The translations under genes and the position numbers were made by a program. 64,000 nucleotides of DNA from Octopus bimaculoides (taxonomy: Eukaryota). The notes under the pieces were generated by a model that saw nothing but the letters and a program-made list of their open reading frames with translations, was not told where the DNA came from and made no database searches. This document shows, piece after piece, positions 40,450 to 52,871 of this stretch (positions are counted from its first letter, which is position 1; each line of letters starts with the position of its first letter). Location: NCBI RefSeq assembly GCF_001194135.2, contig NC_068990.1, positions 45,147,915 through 45,211,914 on the forward strand. Reading direction: 5' to 3'.

Positions 40450-40860
40450 TTTATTATCCTCTTGCTTCAGACAAGCATAAAAAATGCACAAGAATACATA
40501 CAAAAATAATGACAACATCAGTAATGTCATCAGTCTGAAACACTGCTAGATTATGCACCACAAACAATAAGTGCAGAGCTACAGCAATTGTCTGTCTGTG
40601 ACTAAATCCACCTTCTCCTCCACTGTGACCATTATGAGAACCTGCCAGCAAGAACAGACTGGACAGTAGTGAAAATGACATCAACTAAGTTTTACCATTA
40701 TATATCTGGATCTGTTGATTACATTTAGTTGTTCAACTAAATTACTTGCATGCTGTAGGTCTGCCTGTTTAAGGTTGGACAGAGATACTCAATGACAGTA
40801 ACAACTTCATTGAAGCCTTTTTCTCTGTGATGAAAACACTTTCCTTTACCTGTGTTTGTA
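40450..40860 (-). mobile_element. Very decayed L1/Tx1-like RT fragment
   Basis: Minus-strand EKAF-like segment, then NGH...RQ...LLFVVHNLA...DDIT in the order expected for RT domains; frameshifted. Confidence 0.4.
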
Positions 40861-41204
40861 TTTAACAATTCTTAATACCAAACTCTAACTATACTGATCT
40901 TATCCAGTTATCCCAATTCTTCAATTTTGGAAGATCCAAGGAGGCTGCAGGCTGTGCCTTCCTTTCTCAGACTGATAATTAAAAACTGTTTTGGAAAAGG
41001 AAACAAGCCCAAAACATTTATTTCAATCTATGCCAAACAAATCTCTACATGATCACCCAACCCACTAGAAATAATCGAATCTCCCCCAAATTATACTCTA
41101 CTACCTTAAAAGTGAGACATTGGCTAACATGGTTCTGAGTTCTACACACACACGCATGCGCATGCACATATGCACACACGCACACACACACACACTAATG
41201 CCTT

Positions 41205-41500
41205 TATAGAGACCTGCTAAAAGTTAGCGAGAAGAACAGGCAAAGGTGACTATGAATATCTGGTCACTGTGTGTGCTACCCTGAATTGGAAGCATCCAAA
41301 TTAGTCTTGTGGAACCCACTTCATGGTGATATAAGAAGGGGACAATGTCATCACACTTACATCGATGTCTTGATCACAGACACTGGCTTGGAATGTATCC
41401 AGGACTTCGAGACAGTGATGTTGGACCAAGAAGTGTAGTGAGTGGACTTTGTTGCTACGGCCTGGGTTGGAACCTGGCTATAATAAATAATAATAAAGCA
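41205..41500 (+). mobile_element. Decayed RTE/RTEX-type LINE 3' end with (TAA)-like tail
   Basis: Translation ISGHCVCYPELEASKLVLWNPLHGDIRRGQCHHTYIDVLITDTGL, a typical RTE C-terminus, followed by TAATAAATAATAATAA. Confidence 0.7.
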
Positions 41501-43075
41501 TTTGCTACAATTGCTGTGAGGTACTTTATAGTTCTACATTTCTAGTAACATCTGCTGTTGTATATATTGGTTACAAGTGTTGTTAAACAGAATGTGCACA
41601 GCCTGTGCAAATATGGACACAAACAAGGCATTAAAATGAAATTATGCACATACATATAGCATTTATTGGATATACAGATGTAAGGGCATGGCTATGTGGT
41701 TAATTTTGCTTTACAACCACAATTCTGAGTTTGATCCCAATGTAAGTTGGTACTTTGGGCAAGCCTTGGGAGTGAAATTTGGTTAATGGATGATGAGCAG
41801 AAGCTGGTTAGTTGTGTGTATGCATGTAGTGTGAACAAAACTCCTGTGCTGTATTCAGTTCTGTCTCTTTGCACCATGATTAGCTTGCCAATTTTCCCAT
41901 AAGCAGATTGATAAGATAAGCACTAAGACTACTGAGGTCAGTATGAATGAGTAAAAACCTGAGAAGACAGTGGCACAGTATGGCTTCAATCTACTGACTG
42001 AAACCAGTAGAAGAAAAGAAAACCATGTATGATCTTCTCCATTACTGGGTATATATTTTTTCATATATTCTTTAGTTCTTAAGTTTATTTTAGTCATTGT
42101 GAGCTAGACTTAAACTGGCATACCACCTTGTGTGAGTGTGTGTTGTGTCAATCCAAGTTAATTCATTCATGTAATTAACTCATAATTGTATATGTTCATT
42201 AAAAATTATACCTTATAATACCATTCATTTGTGTAGTATTTCACTTTTGCATGTCATCTTCATAAGCATTTTACATCCACTCTTCCATGCGGCCATGGGT
42301 TGGATGGCTATTCAGAAGAATTTTATGGTTGGCTGCCCTTCCTTTTACCCGCCATTCTAGTTACTTCCTCTGACATGGTGTACCTATTCTAAAACCAAGA
42401 ACAGGCAGAGATTTGTCTATTGAATGTATAGTCCTTGTCTGATGCAGTTTATATGAAGCTTAGACAATGTGAATGTGTAATGCAGGAATAGACATGAAAT
42501 GGGCTGGTTCCCAAGTTAGTGGCCATTGGAAAGGAGGATTGTTTGCAATACTTAGAGTGATATTTGTGGGGGAATAGAGAGTGCTAGAGTAGTGAATAAT
42601 AAGGCATAGATTAGTGTTATGGATTAGTTGACAAATGAAGACAAGATGTAGCTAGCAAAGCCTGAATAAGCTAAAAGAGAATATAGCATAACAAGGTACT
42701 AGTGCACACCAGACAGAAGCCAAGGAGAGAACAGAGCACAGCAAAAGGAGCAAAGAGAGAAGACGACAAGGACCAGGGAGAGAACACAGCACATTAAGAG
42801 GCCAGGAAAAGATCACAATATAGAAAGATGCTTCTGAGAGAATACATCATAGATTATCAGACAAGGTCCCTCATTGGAAGAAGGGTGATGGTCATGATGG
42901 TGAAATTGTTTGTCACTAGAAGATGCGAATCTGACAGGGTCTGTGGATGTTGACTGGATGGACACATGCACATGTGTGTTCAGAAAAAGCCATTTTACCC
43001 CCAGCCTCTGTCTATTGTAAATAAAATACTACTGATAAAATACTTTTAACTAATTTATCAATTTTCTCATTCCAG

Positions 43076-43183
43076 AATGCTGTGGCTGCCATATGGCAAG
43101 CTATCAAAGATTTGGTAGAATCTCCTGTTACAGAAGACAGGCATGTTGCATTAGCTTTCCTGTTACATCTTATCAAGGGGCAG
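43076..43183 (+). CDS. TSC2: Tuberin exon (human exon 4), NAVAAIWQAIKDLVESPVTEDRHVALAFLLHLIKGQ
   Basis: Acceptor TTCCAG and donor GTAAGA; 108 nt, phase 0/0. Matches human [37 protein letters not shown]. Confidence 0.96.
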
Positions 43184-44026
43184 GTAAGAAATAACTTTCT
43201 ATTTGATTTTGGTTTTTATCTGTTTGTAAAAAACAAAATGGGTCGGAGGGAGGGAACAAGTCATCAACAGGGTAGAAAAAAACCTTCAAAGGCAGCATTG
43301 GTAAAAAATTTAAAGAGTTTACAAGGTTTGAAATTCAACATATTTCAAGTGGTGGAGCAGAAATTTAAAAAAAAAAAAGTAAAAAGAAAAATTTTTTATA
43401 AGGGAATGATGCAATGTCTTCTTGGAATGACAAGAATGAAATCCAGTAAGGTCAGTGTAGTTAATGATAATAATTGTTGTTGTGGGTAAATAATTTAACT
43501 AACATACCATTTGAATACTGCAATGATTGAAGAATTCTTCAAATGAGTTATTTTGCCATGATCATCTTGTATTGTTTAGGTGTGCTGTCCTGGATATGCT
43601 ATAATGATTGGACATCTTTTTGAATCACTACTTTTGAACTACACAGCCATATCAAATCAGAGTAACTTTCTCAAAGATATACGTTTCACAAATTAATAAG
43701 GATGTAGCTGGATGCTGCGTTAGATTTAATGAAGCTACTGTTCTTGCTATGGATGGTGACCAATAGCAAAAGTGGATTGGCCAGTAATGAGTGATATGTA
43801 GCTTGCTAGTTCAGAGAAACAGGAGCTGTATTCTCAAGAGTGAGGGGTCATTGATGTGTATTGGAGAGATGGTTATTGAGAACACAGACAGATGCTAAAT
43901 AATCACAGGGATACTGTTTATGAATGAGATGTTGGAATGGGGTTGATAATATAGTTGGCAGTGTGATGAATGTTTTGTTTTGGGAAACGGATCACTGACA
44001 CATGTTTAAAAAGTTTAGGTAGGTCT

Positions 44027-44045
44027 TGTGTGTGTGTGTGTGTGA

Positions 44046-44108
<63 letters not shown>
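44027..44108. repeat. (GT)n(GA)n microsatellite; other simple repeats include (TA)n ~5179-5210, (CA)n ~9007-9090 and ~14177-14235, and (ATT)n/(ATC)n ~57460-57538
   Basis: Directly visible. Confidence 0.95.
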
Positions 44109-44113
<5 letters not shown>

Positions 44114-44225
44114 TAATAGTGATAAAAGCTAACACAGTTGTATAGAAAGGGTTGCAGAAGGAGCATCATCAAAATTAGTTACCTTGTTTTGTTGAAGTGA
44201 CTGAAGATGTTTTCAGGTTTGGTAC

Positions 44226-44377
44226 ATCATCATCATCATCATCATCGTTTAACGTCCGCCTTCCATGCTAGCATGGGTTGGACGATTTGACTGAGGACTG
44301 GTGAAACCGGATGGCAACACCAGGCTCCAATCTAATTTGGCAGAGTTTCTACAGCTGGATGCCCTTCCTAACGCCAA
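44226..44377 (-). mobile_element. Young RTE 3' end, about 150 nt
   Basis: By eye identical to the copy at 16835 over its shared length. Confidence 0.9.
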
Positions 44378-45679
44378 AATGTGCTAAGCATGTAGAGTGG
44401 AAAAGATGAGTTTGTGAAGAATTTTGCATGTTGTTGAAAAAAAGTCAGCAAAAGCTGTAGTGTTACCTGTAAAAGATTTACTTACAAAACCTTTATCATT
44501 GTTGAAGAAAGGTAGTTATGTGAATTCTTCATAGTAAAGTGACATTCATGTCAAGGACCAGAAGGCTCAGCTACACTTTGGGTAGCAAGAGAGCTTCAAG
44601 CTGTTTGATGCATAAGAAGTCCTTTTTTCCTCTGAGGATAATCTTGCAGGTGTTGCTGTAATGTGTAAATGACTGCCAGTTGATGGTGCTTAGTAACTGT
44701 AGGTATTGTAGGCAGTCCCTCTTCTGTACTTCTATAAAGAAGTTATGAGTGAACTAGTTGTTGCTTTTGAGGTTGTCTCTGGGGCATAGTCGTATAAGAT
44801 TAAAATAGGTCAAAGGCAATTTTGCTGTCCATTTTTATCCATCAAATAACAGATTATTTTAATACCATATTTGCTAGCATAAAAGACACAGGTCAACCCT
44901 ATTTCATCACCGCATATTCAGGAAAAAAGTTTTTAGTGCTTTGAAGCATGTAATGTAAGCCCAACTTCACATATAGGACTCATGGGGATTGTTTTGTGAC
45001 ATTTTTTTTGTAAGTGTCTTATATGCCATCAAATATGTTAAGTTTTATTAATCCCTTTGTTTGTCAATACAGACCACCATTATTTTCCTTAGTTTCTAGT
45101 TTTACTTTTCTTTGGCTAAGCATTCCAAATATAAAATGGAGTGTGATTTCATTGCCTTAATTCTTTGTAGATAATAGAATGAACTTTAAAATGCAACAGA
45201 TGATTCAGATATTTGATAGTGCTTATATTATTTTTATTTTTGGCTTTAGAGCTGTTGTTATTTCTATTCTATATTACCATCAGGTCATTGAATGAAGTGA
45301 AATGTTCGCTTTAAGATTCATAGCACTGAATATTGTTCTTCATTCCTCAATGTTGTGCCTTGTAAGAAATCTTAGTCATTAGGTTAGAAGCAAGGAATTA
45401 GCTGTAGAAGACACAATGAAATGGATACTACACTTAGCTATGTTAAGTGTAAGATAATCTTATAGACCACACCTATTGTCCATGATAAATTGTTACAACA
45501 TGTAGATACTCCGTTTCCCTCTTGTCTTTCAGCTGCTGTTTACTTTCTATATAATGTTATGTTACTTATACACATATAAACCATGTCAACTATAAATTCT
45601 TCTTGTGTCAATAAATTAGCTTTTGCAAAATGTCACTTGTTAGGTCTACTTCTAATAACTTGAACTTAAAGTAAGCATT

Positions 45680-45882
45680 TCTTTGTGGTTGTTTAACTTG
45701 CTAGAAATAGCAGCCAAATCTCCATCAAATCATATCCTACCATCTTAAATAAGAAAAAGATACATTGGGTAATCTAAGGTACTCAGTCTGGAAAAAAAAA
45801 GATGATGAACTAGTTATAGTTGGACTGCTTTTGGTTATAGCTCTGCTCAATCAGGGTTGGCATGAGACTAAACAACAACAAC
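45680..45882 (+). mobile_element. (AAC)n-tailed short interspersed repeat; related copies at ~7420-7505, 26470-26560 minus, 54940-55120 minus and 61130-61325
   Basis: Shared CTAGAAATAGCAGCCAAATC and CTGCTCAATCAGGGTT...CTAAACAACAAC segments. Confidence 0.6.
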
Positions 45883-46470
45883 TTTTAATAGCTACTATTT
45901 GATCACTTTAGTCATCCAAGCAGAGTTGAACAAACTAAAATTGCTTTTTCTGACAACCAAAAGGAAGAAATAATTATTAACAGATGTCATTATATTAACA
46001 GAGATAAAGTTTCAATAATCTTCTTTATAATGTTATCCTTTGTCTAACTACGGAATAATTTTTCTCCATTGATAAGACTGCTTCATAACAAGAAAACATC
46101 CTCACTGCATATCTTTACCATAAAACATTCTAAATCTTCAATTTGGTATGAAGAGTTAGAGAATAAAATTAAAATTTTCTAGGTTATTGACTTCAGTTTT
46201 AGAGATGATAGATTTTTCAGTATTTATATCTGTTCTACAACTAGACCTTTCACAATACCTTTAAAGCCGGTAACTGTTCAGCACCCTCATGAGGAATAGT
46301 CAGAGATTGGGCAGTAGGGTTTAGCATATGTATTACTGTTCAAAGTTTTAGTTACGTTGTTTGTGATAAAATACAGATTCCTTAATACATGTGATTGTAT
46401 TGTCTTTGGGCTATTGTAAATAACCAGGCTCATGTCTCCATTGAAGAATGTTCTCATTTATTGATCATAT

Positions 46471-46527
<57 letters not shown>

Positions 46528-46849
46528 CATAATGTTGCATATGGATGATGCTTGTTGACAGGATGTTAAGGAAGAGTGAAATATGATGTCCTCTGTATGA
46601 GTGTGTGAGTTACAAGTGTATGAGTGTATGAGTTACAAGAAGGCACAGCAAATATTTCACTTAGGTAAAGTATGGGGGACATTGCTGAACCTTATTGATA
46701 GCATGGGGTGGAAAGGGCTCCCAGTGGCTTTGACTGGAAGCTTCTGAAAGAGAAGACAGAGATGTAAACTATAGGCAGGTAGCTTAGGTTACAAATTTGT
46801 ATACCACACATCCTTTCGTACTTTTGCTTGATGGGTCTGGGGTCATTCC

Positions 46850-47100
46850 AGGTTAATGGGCCCAGAAATGTCATCATGTATAGAGCCAACAAGGTCTACC
46901 AGTGCTCTCTATTACTGACAGTCCTGTGCCAGCCTCTCTGCATCCTTCAAAGTCGAGCTGTTTGGTGCAGAGCCTACCACAAGGCCTCTTCCAGCCCGTA
47001 GCTGCTGGATAGAATGAGAGTAAAGCACTGGTAGGATTCTAGTGGGATGCCAGACATGATAAAAAAAATTTGCTGATATCCAAGGGCAACAACAAAATTT
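46850..47100 (-). mobile_element. Decayed RTE-like C-terminal remnant
   Basis: Minus-strand TLKDAERLAQDCQ**RALVDLVGS resembles the RTE terminal AQDRxxWRxLV motif. Confidence 0.5.
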
Positions 47101-47629
47101 TCACTGAAGTTCTTAAGGGCAAGGTTATCACACATTACCTTACATGAATCGAAATCTCTGGCAGCTCTGACTGTTTGGAAGTCATATTAGTGAGAAAGAG
47201 AGGTCCTAAGTGATAAAAGAATAGAGTGAAAGTAAGAGCAATAGATCTGTAGTTTCAGAATCATAAAGAACCTATCCTGTTCTTAGGCAACATGCTGTGG
47301 TATATTCCCTGAGAATGAGATAGCTGTTTCTTGAGAGTTTGACAATTTGAATTATTTTCTATACTCATATCAGATGAATGGCAAGATGTCAACCCTTCAA
47401 CATTTAAACCAACTATATCCAGCCCAAATATTCCAACTGTTTTATGTTCAGACCAGCCAGATATGGCTTCTCACACCTACCCTGCAATGTCATTCTAACA
47501 ATAAACAATCACATCATCAAAGCTTAATTGTGCTAACATGTATATCCATTGTTAGTGTCATTGTTTAATTCCAGGTCAGCCTTGACTTAGCTGACATATG
47601 ACTACATTCGTTCCAGCTGTAGTCAGCCC

Positions 47630-49081
47630 GTCTTTCCCCCCCCTCTTATTTACCATAGTCCTCCAGGCAATCACAGAGGAGTTCAAGACAGGTTGCCCCT
47701 GGGAGCTCCTCTATGCTGATGACCTTGCCCTAATTGCGGAGTCACTATCAGAACTAGAGGAGAAGTTTCAGGTGTGGAAGCAAGGTCTAGAATTGAAGGG
47801 CCTTAGAGTCAACCTAGCTAAAACCGAAATCCTAATAAGTAGGAAGGTAGATAAAACACAAACCCCTTCAGGTAGATGGCCCTGCTCAGTATGTAGAAAA
47901 GGAGTAGGTAGTAACTCTATAAGATGTACCCGGTGCAAGCTATGGACACATAAGAGGTGCAGCAACATCAAAGGCAGGTTAACTAGCAAGTTAGTTTTTG
48001 TTTGTGGCAGATGTTCAGGNNNNNNNNNNNNNNNNNNNNNNNNNNNNNNNNNNNNNNNNNNNNNNNNNNNNNNNNNNNNNNNNNNNNNNNNNNNNNNNNN
48101 NNNNNNNNNNNNNNNNNNNNNNNNNNNNNNNNNNNNNNNNNNNNNNNNNNNNNNNNNNNNNNNNNNNNNNNNNNNNNNNNNNNNNNNNNNNNNNNNNNNN
48201 NNNNNNNNNNNNNNNNNNNNNNNNNNNNNNNNNNNNNNNNNNNNNNNNNNNNNNNNNNNNNNNNNNNNNNNNNNNNNNNNNNNNNNNNNNNNNNNNNNNN
48301 NNNNNNNNNNNNNNNNNNNNNNNNNNNNNNNNNNNNNNNNNNNNNNNNNNNNNNNNNNNNNNNNNNNNNNNNNNNNNNNNNNNNNNNNNNNNNNNNNNNN
48401 NNNNNNNNNNNNNNNNNNNNNNNNNNNNNNNNNNNNNNNNNNNNNNNNNNNNNNNNNNNNNNNNNNNNNNNNNNNNNNNNNNNNNNNNNNNNNNNNNNNN
48501 NNNNNNNNNNNNNNNNNNNNNNNNNNNNNNNNNNNNNNNNNNNNNNNNNNNNNNNNNNNNNNNNNNNNNNNNNNNNNNNNNNNNNNNNNNNNNNNNNNNN
48601 NNNNNNNNNNNNNNNNNNNNNNNNNNNNNNNNNNNNNNNNNNNNNNNNNNNNNNNNNNNNNNNNNNNNNNNNNNNNNNNNNNNNNNNNNNNNNNNNNNNN
48701 NNNNNNNNNNNNNNNNNNNNNNNNNNNNNNNNNNNNNNNNNNNNNNNNNNNNNNNNNNNNNNNNNNNNNNNNNNNNNNNNNNNNNNNNNNNNNNNNNNNN
48801 NNNNNNNNNNNNNNNNNNNNNNNNNNNNNNNNNNNNNNNNNNNNNGGTGGCACATAAAAGACACCATTTCGAGCGTGGCCGTTTTCGTGCGGGTGACACG
48901 TAAAAGCACCCACTACACTCTCTGAGTGGTTGGCGTTAGGAAGGGCATCCAGCTGTAGAAACTCTGCCAAATCAGACTGGAGCCTGGTGTTGCCATCCGG
49001 TTTCACCAGTCCTTAGTCAAATCGTCCAACCCATGCTAGCATGGAAAGCGGACGTTAAACGATGATGATGATGATGATGAT
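47630..49081 (+). mobile_element. Young 5'-truncated RTE-clade LINE spanning a gap
   Basis: RT segment PLLFTIVLQAI...ELLYADDLAL followed by a Cys-rich insert (WPCSVCRKGVGSNSIRCTRCKLWTHKRC...CGRC). After the gap come the 3' UTR and a (GAT)n tail. Joining the two sides of the gap is inferred. Confidence 0.88.
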
Positions 49082-49237
49082 ATTATCTCCTGTGTTATTT
49101 GAGAGACATTTGGCTGCTATTTTTAGTTTGTTATATAATAGCTGCTATTTCTAGCTTGTTATATAATAACTGCATAGAGGTTCCTTTTTGTTGATAATAT
49201 GATAAATTACAAGTAATTCAAAATTTTTATTTTACAG

Positions 49238-49317
49238 AAAGAACATTTGGGACTGTTGCGAAGTCATTTTTTTAATATCATAAAACATTTAACAAATCCT
49301 GAAGATTTCGGTTATCG
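49238..49317 (+). CDS. TSC2: Tuberin exon (5' part of human exon 5), KEHLGLLRSHFFNIIKHLTNPEDFGY(R)
   Basis: Acceptor TTACAG and donor GTGAGT; 80 nt. Matches human [27 protein letters not shown]. Confidence 0.95.
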
Positions 49318-49646
49318 GTGAGTTGGTTTTTGTTCTTTCTTTTACTTTTACTCTACTTTTTGGGAAAAAAATGGTTTTCATTATAGTTTCTTTTTCACAT
49401 AATTTGTTATTTATATTAGTCTCTCTGTCCATCTGTCAATTGGTTAGATCAATAGTTAAAGGAATTACATAAAGATGTCCATCAGAAATGATGTCTGTTA
49501 TCTGCTAATTTAAATGATGCTATTGCTAAAATATCTTGACTTAATGAGTTCAGGTAGGCATACATAATTATACATTCATAATTAAAATTTTGTTTTCGTT
49601 TAGTCTTATCAAAGTTTAATGTTTATTTATTTATTAAATCTTTCAG

Positions 49647-49711
49647 ATTAGAATTATTTTCTACGCTCACATCAAATGGCAAGAATTTGACCTATTTTGA
49701 AGCAGAAACTG
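49647..49711 (+). CDS. TSC2: Tuberin exon (3' part of human exon 5), (R)LELFSTLTSNGKNLTYFEAET(A)
   Basis: Acceptor TTTCAG and donor GTAAGA; 65 nt, phase compatible with both neighbours. Matches human [21 protein letters not shown]. Confidence 0.95.
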
Positions 49712-50349
49712 GTAAGATAAAAAGCTAACTTGTTATTTCATTTATTTATCTAAACGTACTTTGTAAAACAATCAAACAGTATGGATGTAGCATTTGTTGA
49801 ATTAGAAAAAGACTTTTTTCATAGTTTTATGTTGTATGTTGTAGTATGCAGGACAATGGGAAAGCTAACTATGAATGAATGACTGGCTTATGGAAATAGA
49901 AATGCTTCAGGTTTTGGATGAGAGGTCAGAAAGTTGAATGAGAATTGACAGTAGCCATAGTGAAGAATTCAATTTACATGAAAGCACTTTTTAATGGTTT
50001 TCCTTATATTCTTTGTGACCATTATAAAAGAGTTATGAATTTGGATATTCATAAGAATTTCTGTATGATAGGAATTTGGTTTTTGTTGCAAAATTTACAA
50101 AAGACCCATTAAAGAAGTTTGACGCTTAAAAGAATATGTTTTGAGTCAAAAACCCTGAAGTTAAACAGGGCAAAGATGGAGGTAACAGACAGCAGAAGCC
50201 ACGCATGGCAATGAGTCTATTAATCTGTTTGTATACCTATCACCACATTGGCCAATGTGATTTAAAAAAAAAATTTTTTTTTAAGGTGGCAGGGTGTGCT
50301 TTTAAAGAAATTAGCTGCTATTTCTAGCAGATTGAATGACCACATAGAG

Positions 50350-50491
50350 CAGGCATGGGAAAACTGTGACCTGTAAGACTTTCAGAATGGCATGCCAACA
50401 AGAAATTACATTGAATTTTTTACTAGTGCAGCCTACCTGATGATGAACCATGTCTCACGCAGCCTGCTTCTTAGAAGGTTGCCCCTGCCTG
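50350..50491. mobile_element. hAT-type MITE (142 bp)
   Basis: Inverted repeats CAGGCATGGGAAAACT and AGGTTGCCCCTGCCTG (13/16 match); 8-bp flanks ACATAGAG and ACATAGTC. Confidence 0.65.
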
Positions 50492-51087
50492 ACATAGTCT
50501 TTCTCTTCTTGGTTCAAGATTATGTGGATATTAAGAAGAGATGATGTATGATAGGGGATATGTTTAGTGAATTGTCGTGGATTTTTTGGTGTGAGCAAGA
50601 AGTAATATAGGTACATAATAGGCTTCTTTTAGTTTTCATCTTCTAAATTTACTCTCAAGGTGCCACACAGCAAGACTGAACCTGAGATCACATGGTTAGG
50701 AAGCAAGCTCCTTAACTACACTGCCATACCTGTATTTGTATATTAATGAAAAATAAACATTAATGAGAAAATGGTCAATGAACCAGTGCATTGAGCCCAA
50801 AAGACCTTGTGGTATTTATTTCATTTGATGTGTACAGACACTTTCTCATTTTCACCACCTGAAATGCAATGAGGCATTGATTGATCTGTTGGATATTTGC
50901 AATCAATGATGCTTTTGGTTACAAAATGCATGATATAAAATATAAAAAATGAAAAGACATAAGTGATTAGGTCAGGTTTAAGAATCTTGAGTCTTACAGC
51001 CTAATAGTTTTATAAATGTAAGGTAATTGATGGATGAGGGTACAAATTGCTGAGAATATAAGGTGTCAGGGTAGAATATCATTATCA

Positions 51088-52462
51088 TCACAGGTAGGTG
51101 GCTCTGCTTGATCTGTAGAAGAGGTGTAGGTAGAAACTCCATAAGATGTACCTAGTGTAAGCTATGGATGCATAAGAGGTGCAGCAACATCAAAGGAAGA
51201 TTAACCGGAAAGATAGCTTTCATGTGCAGCCGATGCACAGGGGCCAATAAACACCACAGATGCTCAGAAAACAGATTCCATCACATGCCAGGGGGGAGAA
51301 ACTAGTAGTAGTTGATAGCTTTTGCTACCTAGGTGACCAAGTCTGTAGTGGGGGTGGATACTCAGAGAGCATTACCACTAGAATAAGAATTGCCTGGGCA
51401 AAGTTCAGACAGCTTCTACACCTAATGGTGACAAAGGGCCTCTCGCTCAGAGTGAAAGGTAGATTGTACAATGCATGTGTACGAACTGCCATGTTTCACG
51501 GCAATGAAACAAGGGTCGTGACTGCTGAAGACATGCGTAGGCTCAAAAGAAATGAAGCTAGCATGATCCACTGGATGTGTAATGTCAGTGTGCACACACG
51601 ACAGAGTATAAGCACCCTGAGAGAAATGCTGGACATAAGAAGCATTGGATGTGGCGTGCAAGAGAGACGTTTGCATTTGTATGGTCATGTATTACAGATG
51701 GATGAGGAGAGCTGTGTGAAGAAGTGCTATTCCCAAACAGTGGAAGGAATCTGGGGTAGATGGAGACCCAAAAAAACATGGGATGAGGTGGTGAAGCATG
51801 ACCTTCGAATGTTGGGCCTCACAGAGGCAATGACGAAAGACCAAGACCTCTGGAGATATGCTGTGACTGAGAAGACCCGGCAAATAAAATGAGATCACAG
51901 CTGTAACCTACACCAGTGTTGGATAACCAGCCCACTCAAAAAGTACCTTTGGATTGTAGGGCGACATGCTGTGCTTGAAGAGACCTATTGAGTCAAGTAC
52001 ATCAAATCAAAATCAAATCAAATCACATTCAAATAGCAATTGTAGTTGTGGTCTCTGTGCCGGTGGCATGTAAAGAGCACCATCTGAATGTGGTTGATAC
52101 CAGCCCCTTCACCCCGACTGGTTCCTGTGCTGGTGGCATGTAAAAAGCACCATCCAAATGTGGCCAGTGCCAGCCCAGCCTTGACTGGCTCCTGTGCCAG
52201 TGGCACGTAAAAAGCACCACCTGATCGAGGTCGATGCCAGCCCACTATGGCCCCTGTACTGGTGGCACGTAAAAAGCACCCACTACACTTTCAGAGAGGT
52301 TGGTATTAGGAAGGGCATCCAGCTGTAGAAACACTGCCAGATCTGACTGGAGCCTAATGCGGTCTCCTGGCTTCCCAGACCCCAGTCAAACCATCCAACC
52401 CATGCCAGCATGGAAAACAGACATTAAACAATGATGATGATGATGATGAGGAGGAGGAGGAG
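51088..52462 (+). mobile_element. Older 5'-truncated RTE-clade LINE with complete 3' UTR and (GAT)n/(GAG)n tail
   Basis: Cys-rich region, then VVDSFCYLGD, AWAKFRQL, RRLHLYGHV and PKKTWDEVV...DQDLWRYAV to the stop at 51892; 3' UTR with four internal repeats, then the tail. Confidence 0.93.
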
Positions 52463-52738
52463 TTTCTGTGGGCTGAATAATGTAATTGTACAGTACTTCA
52501 ATTTGCTATAATTTGGGTGATTAAGGTCCTATCCAGGACAACATTTGTCTCTTATCACAATCTCTGTGGCCCACATCCCTGTGATTTCCAAATAAACTAA
52601 CAATGTAAATTGATTACTGTCAGATCATTAGTAGATTTAATGAGTCTTTTTTTTTTTTTTTTGGTGCTTTGACTTAATAATTTTGTGAATGTTTTATTTA
52701 ATATTTTTTTAAAAAAATTTAATTTTTTTTCATTGCAG

Positions 52739-52871
52739 CTCATTTGCTGGCAATATTGATTCAGGAAATTACCAAATTGACCTACATCTCAAATTTTCTC
52801 ACTTTAGTCGTAAATGCAATCTTAAATAATGTCGGCTATTTTGATGAACAGTCTTTATCAACTATCATCCA
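52739..52871 (+). CDS. TSC2: Tuberin exon (human exon 6), (A)HLLAILIQEITKLTYISNFLTLVVNAILNNVGYFDEQSLSTII(Q)
   Basis: Acceptor TTGCAG and donor GTATGT; 133 nt, phase 1 to 2. Matches human ...[28 protein letters not shown]. Confidence 0.92.

Noticed and set aside
43082-43489. 135-aa single-exon ORF
   Set aside because: Only 43076-43183 resembles tuberin; the rest reads through a canonical GTAAGA donor into intron.
47855-48019. Cys-rich zinc-finger-like segment as a novel domain fusion
   Set aside because: To my knowledge this CxxC...CxxC...HxxC insert is a known feature of some RTE-clade ORFs, and it recurs in the second RTE copy at about 51090-51240.
52055-52280. CRISPR-like spacing of a 27-nt repeat
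   Set aside because: The spacers are homologous to each other, the array lies in an RTE 3' UTR in eukaryotic DNA, and no cas genes are present.
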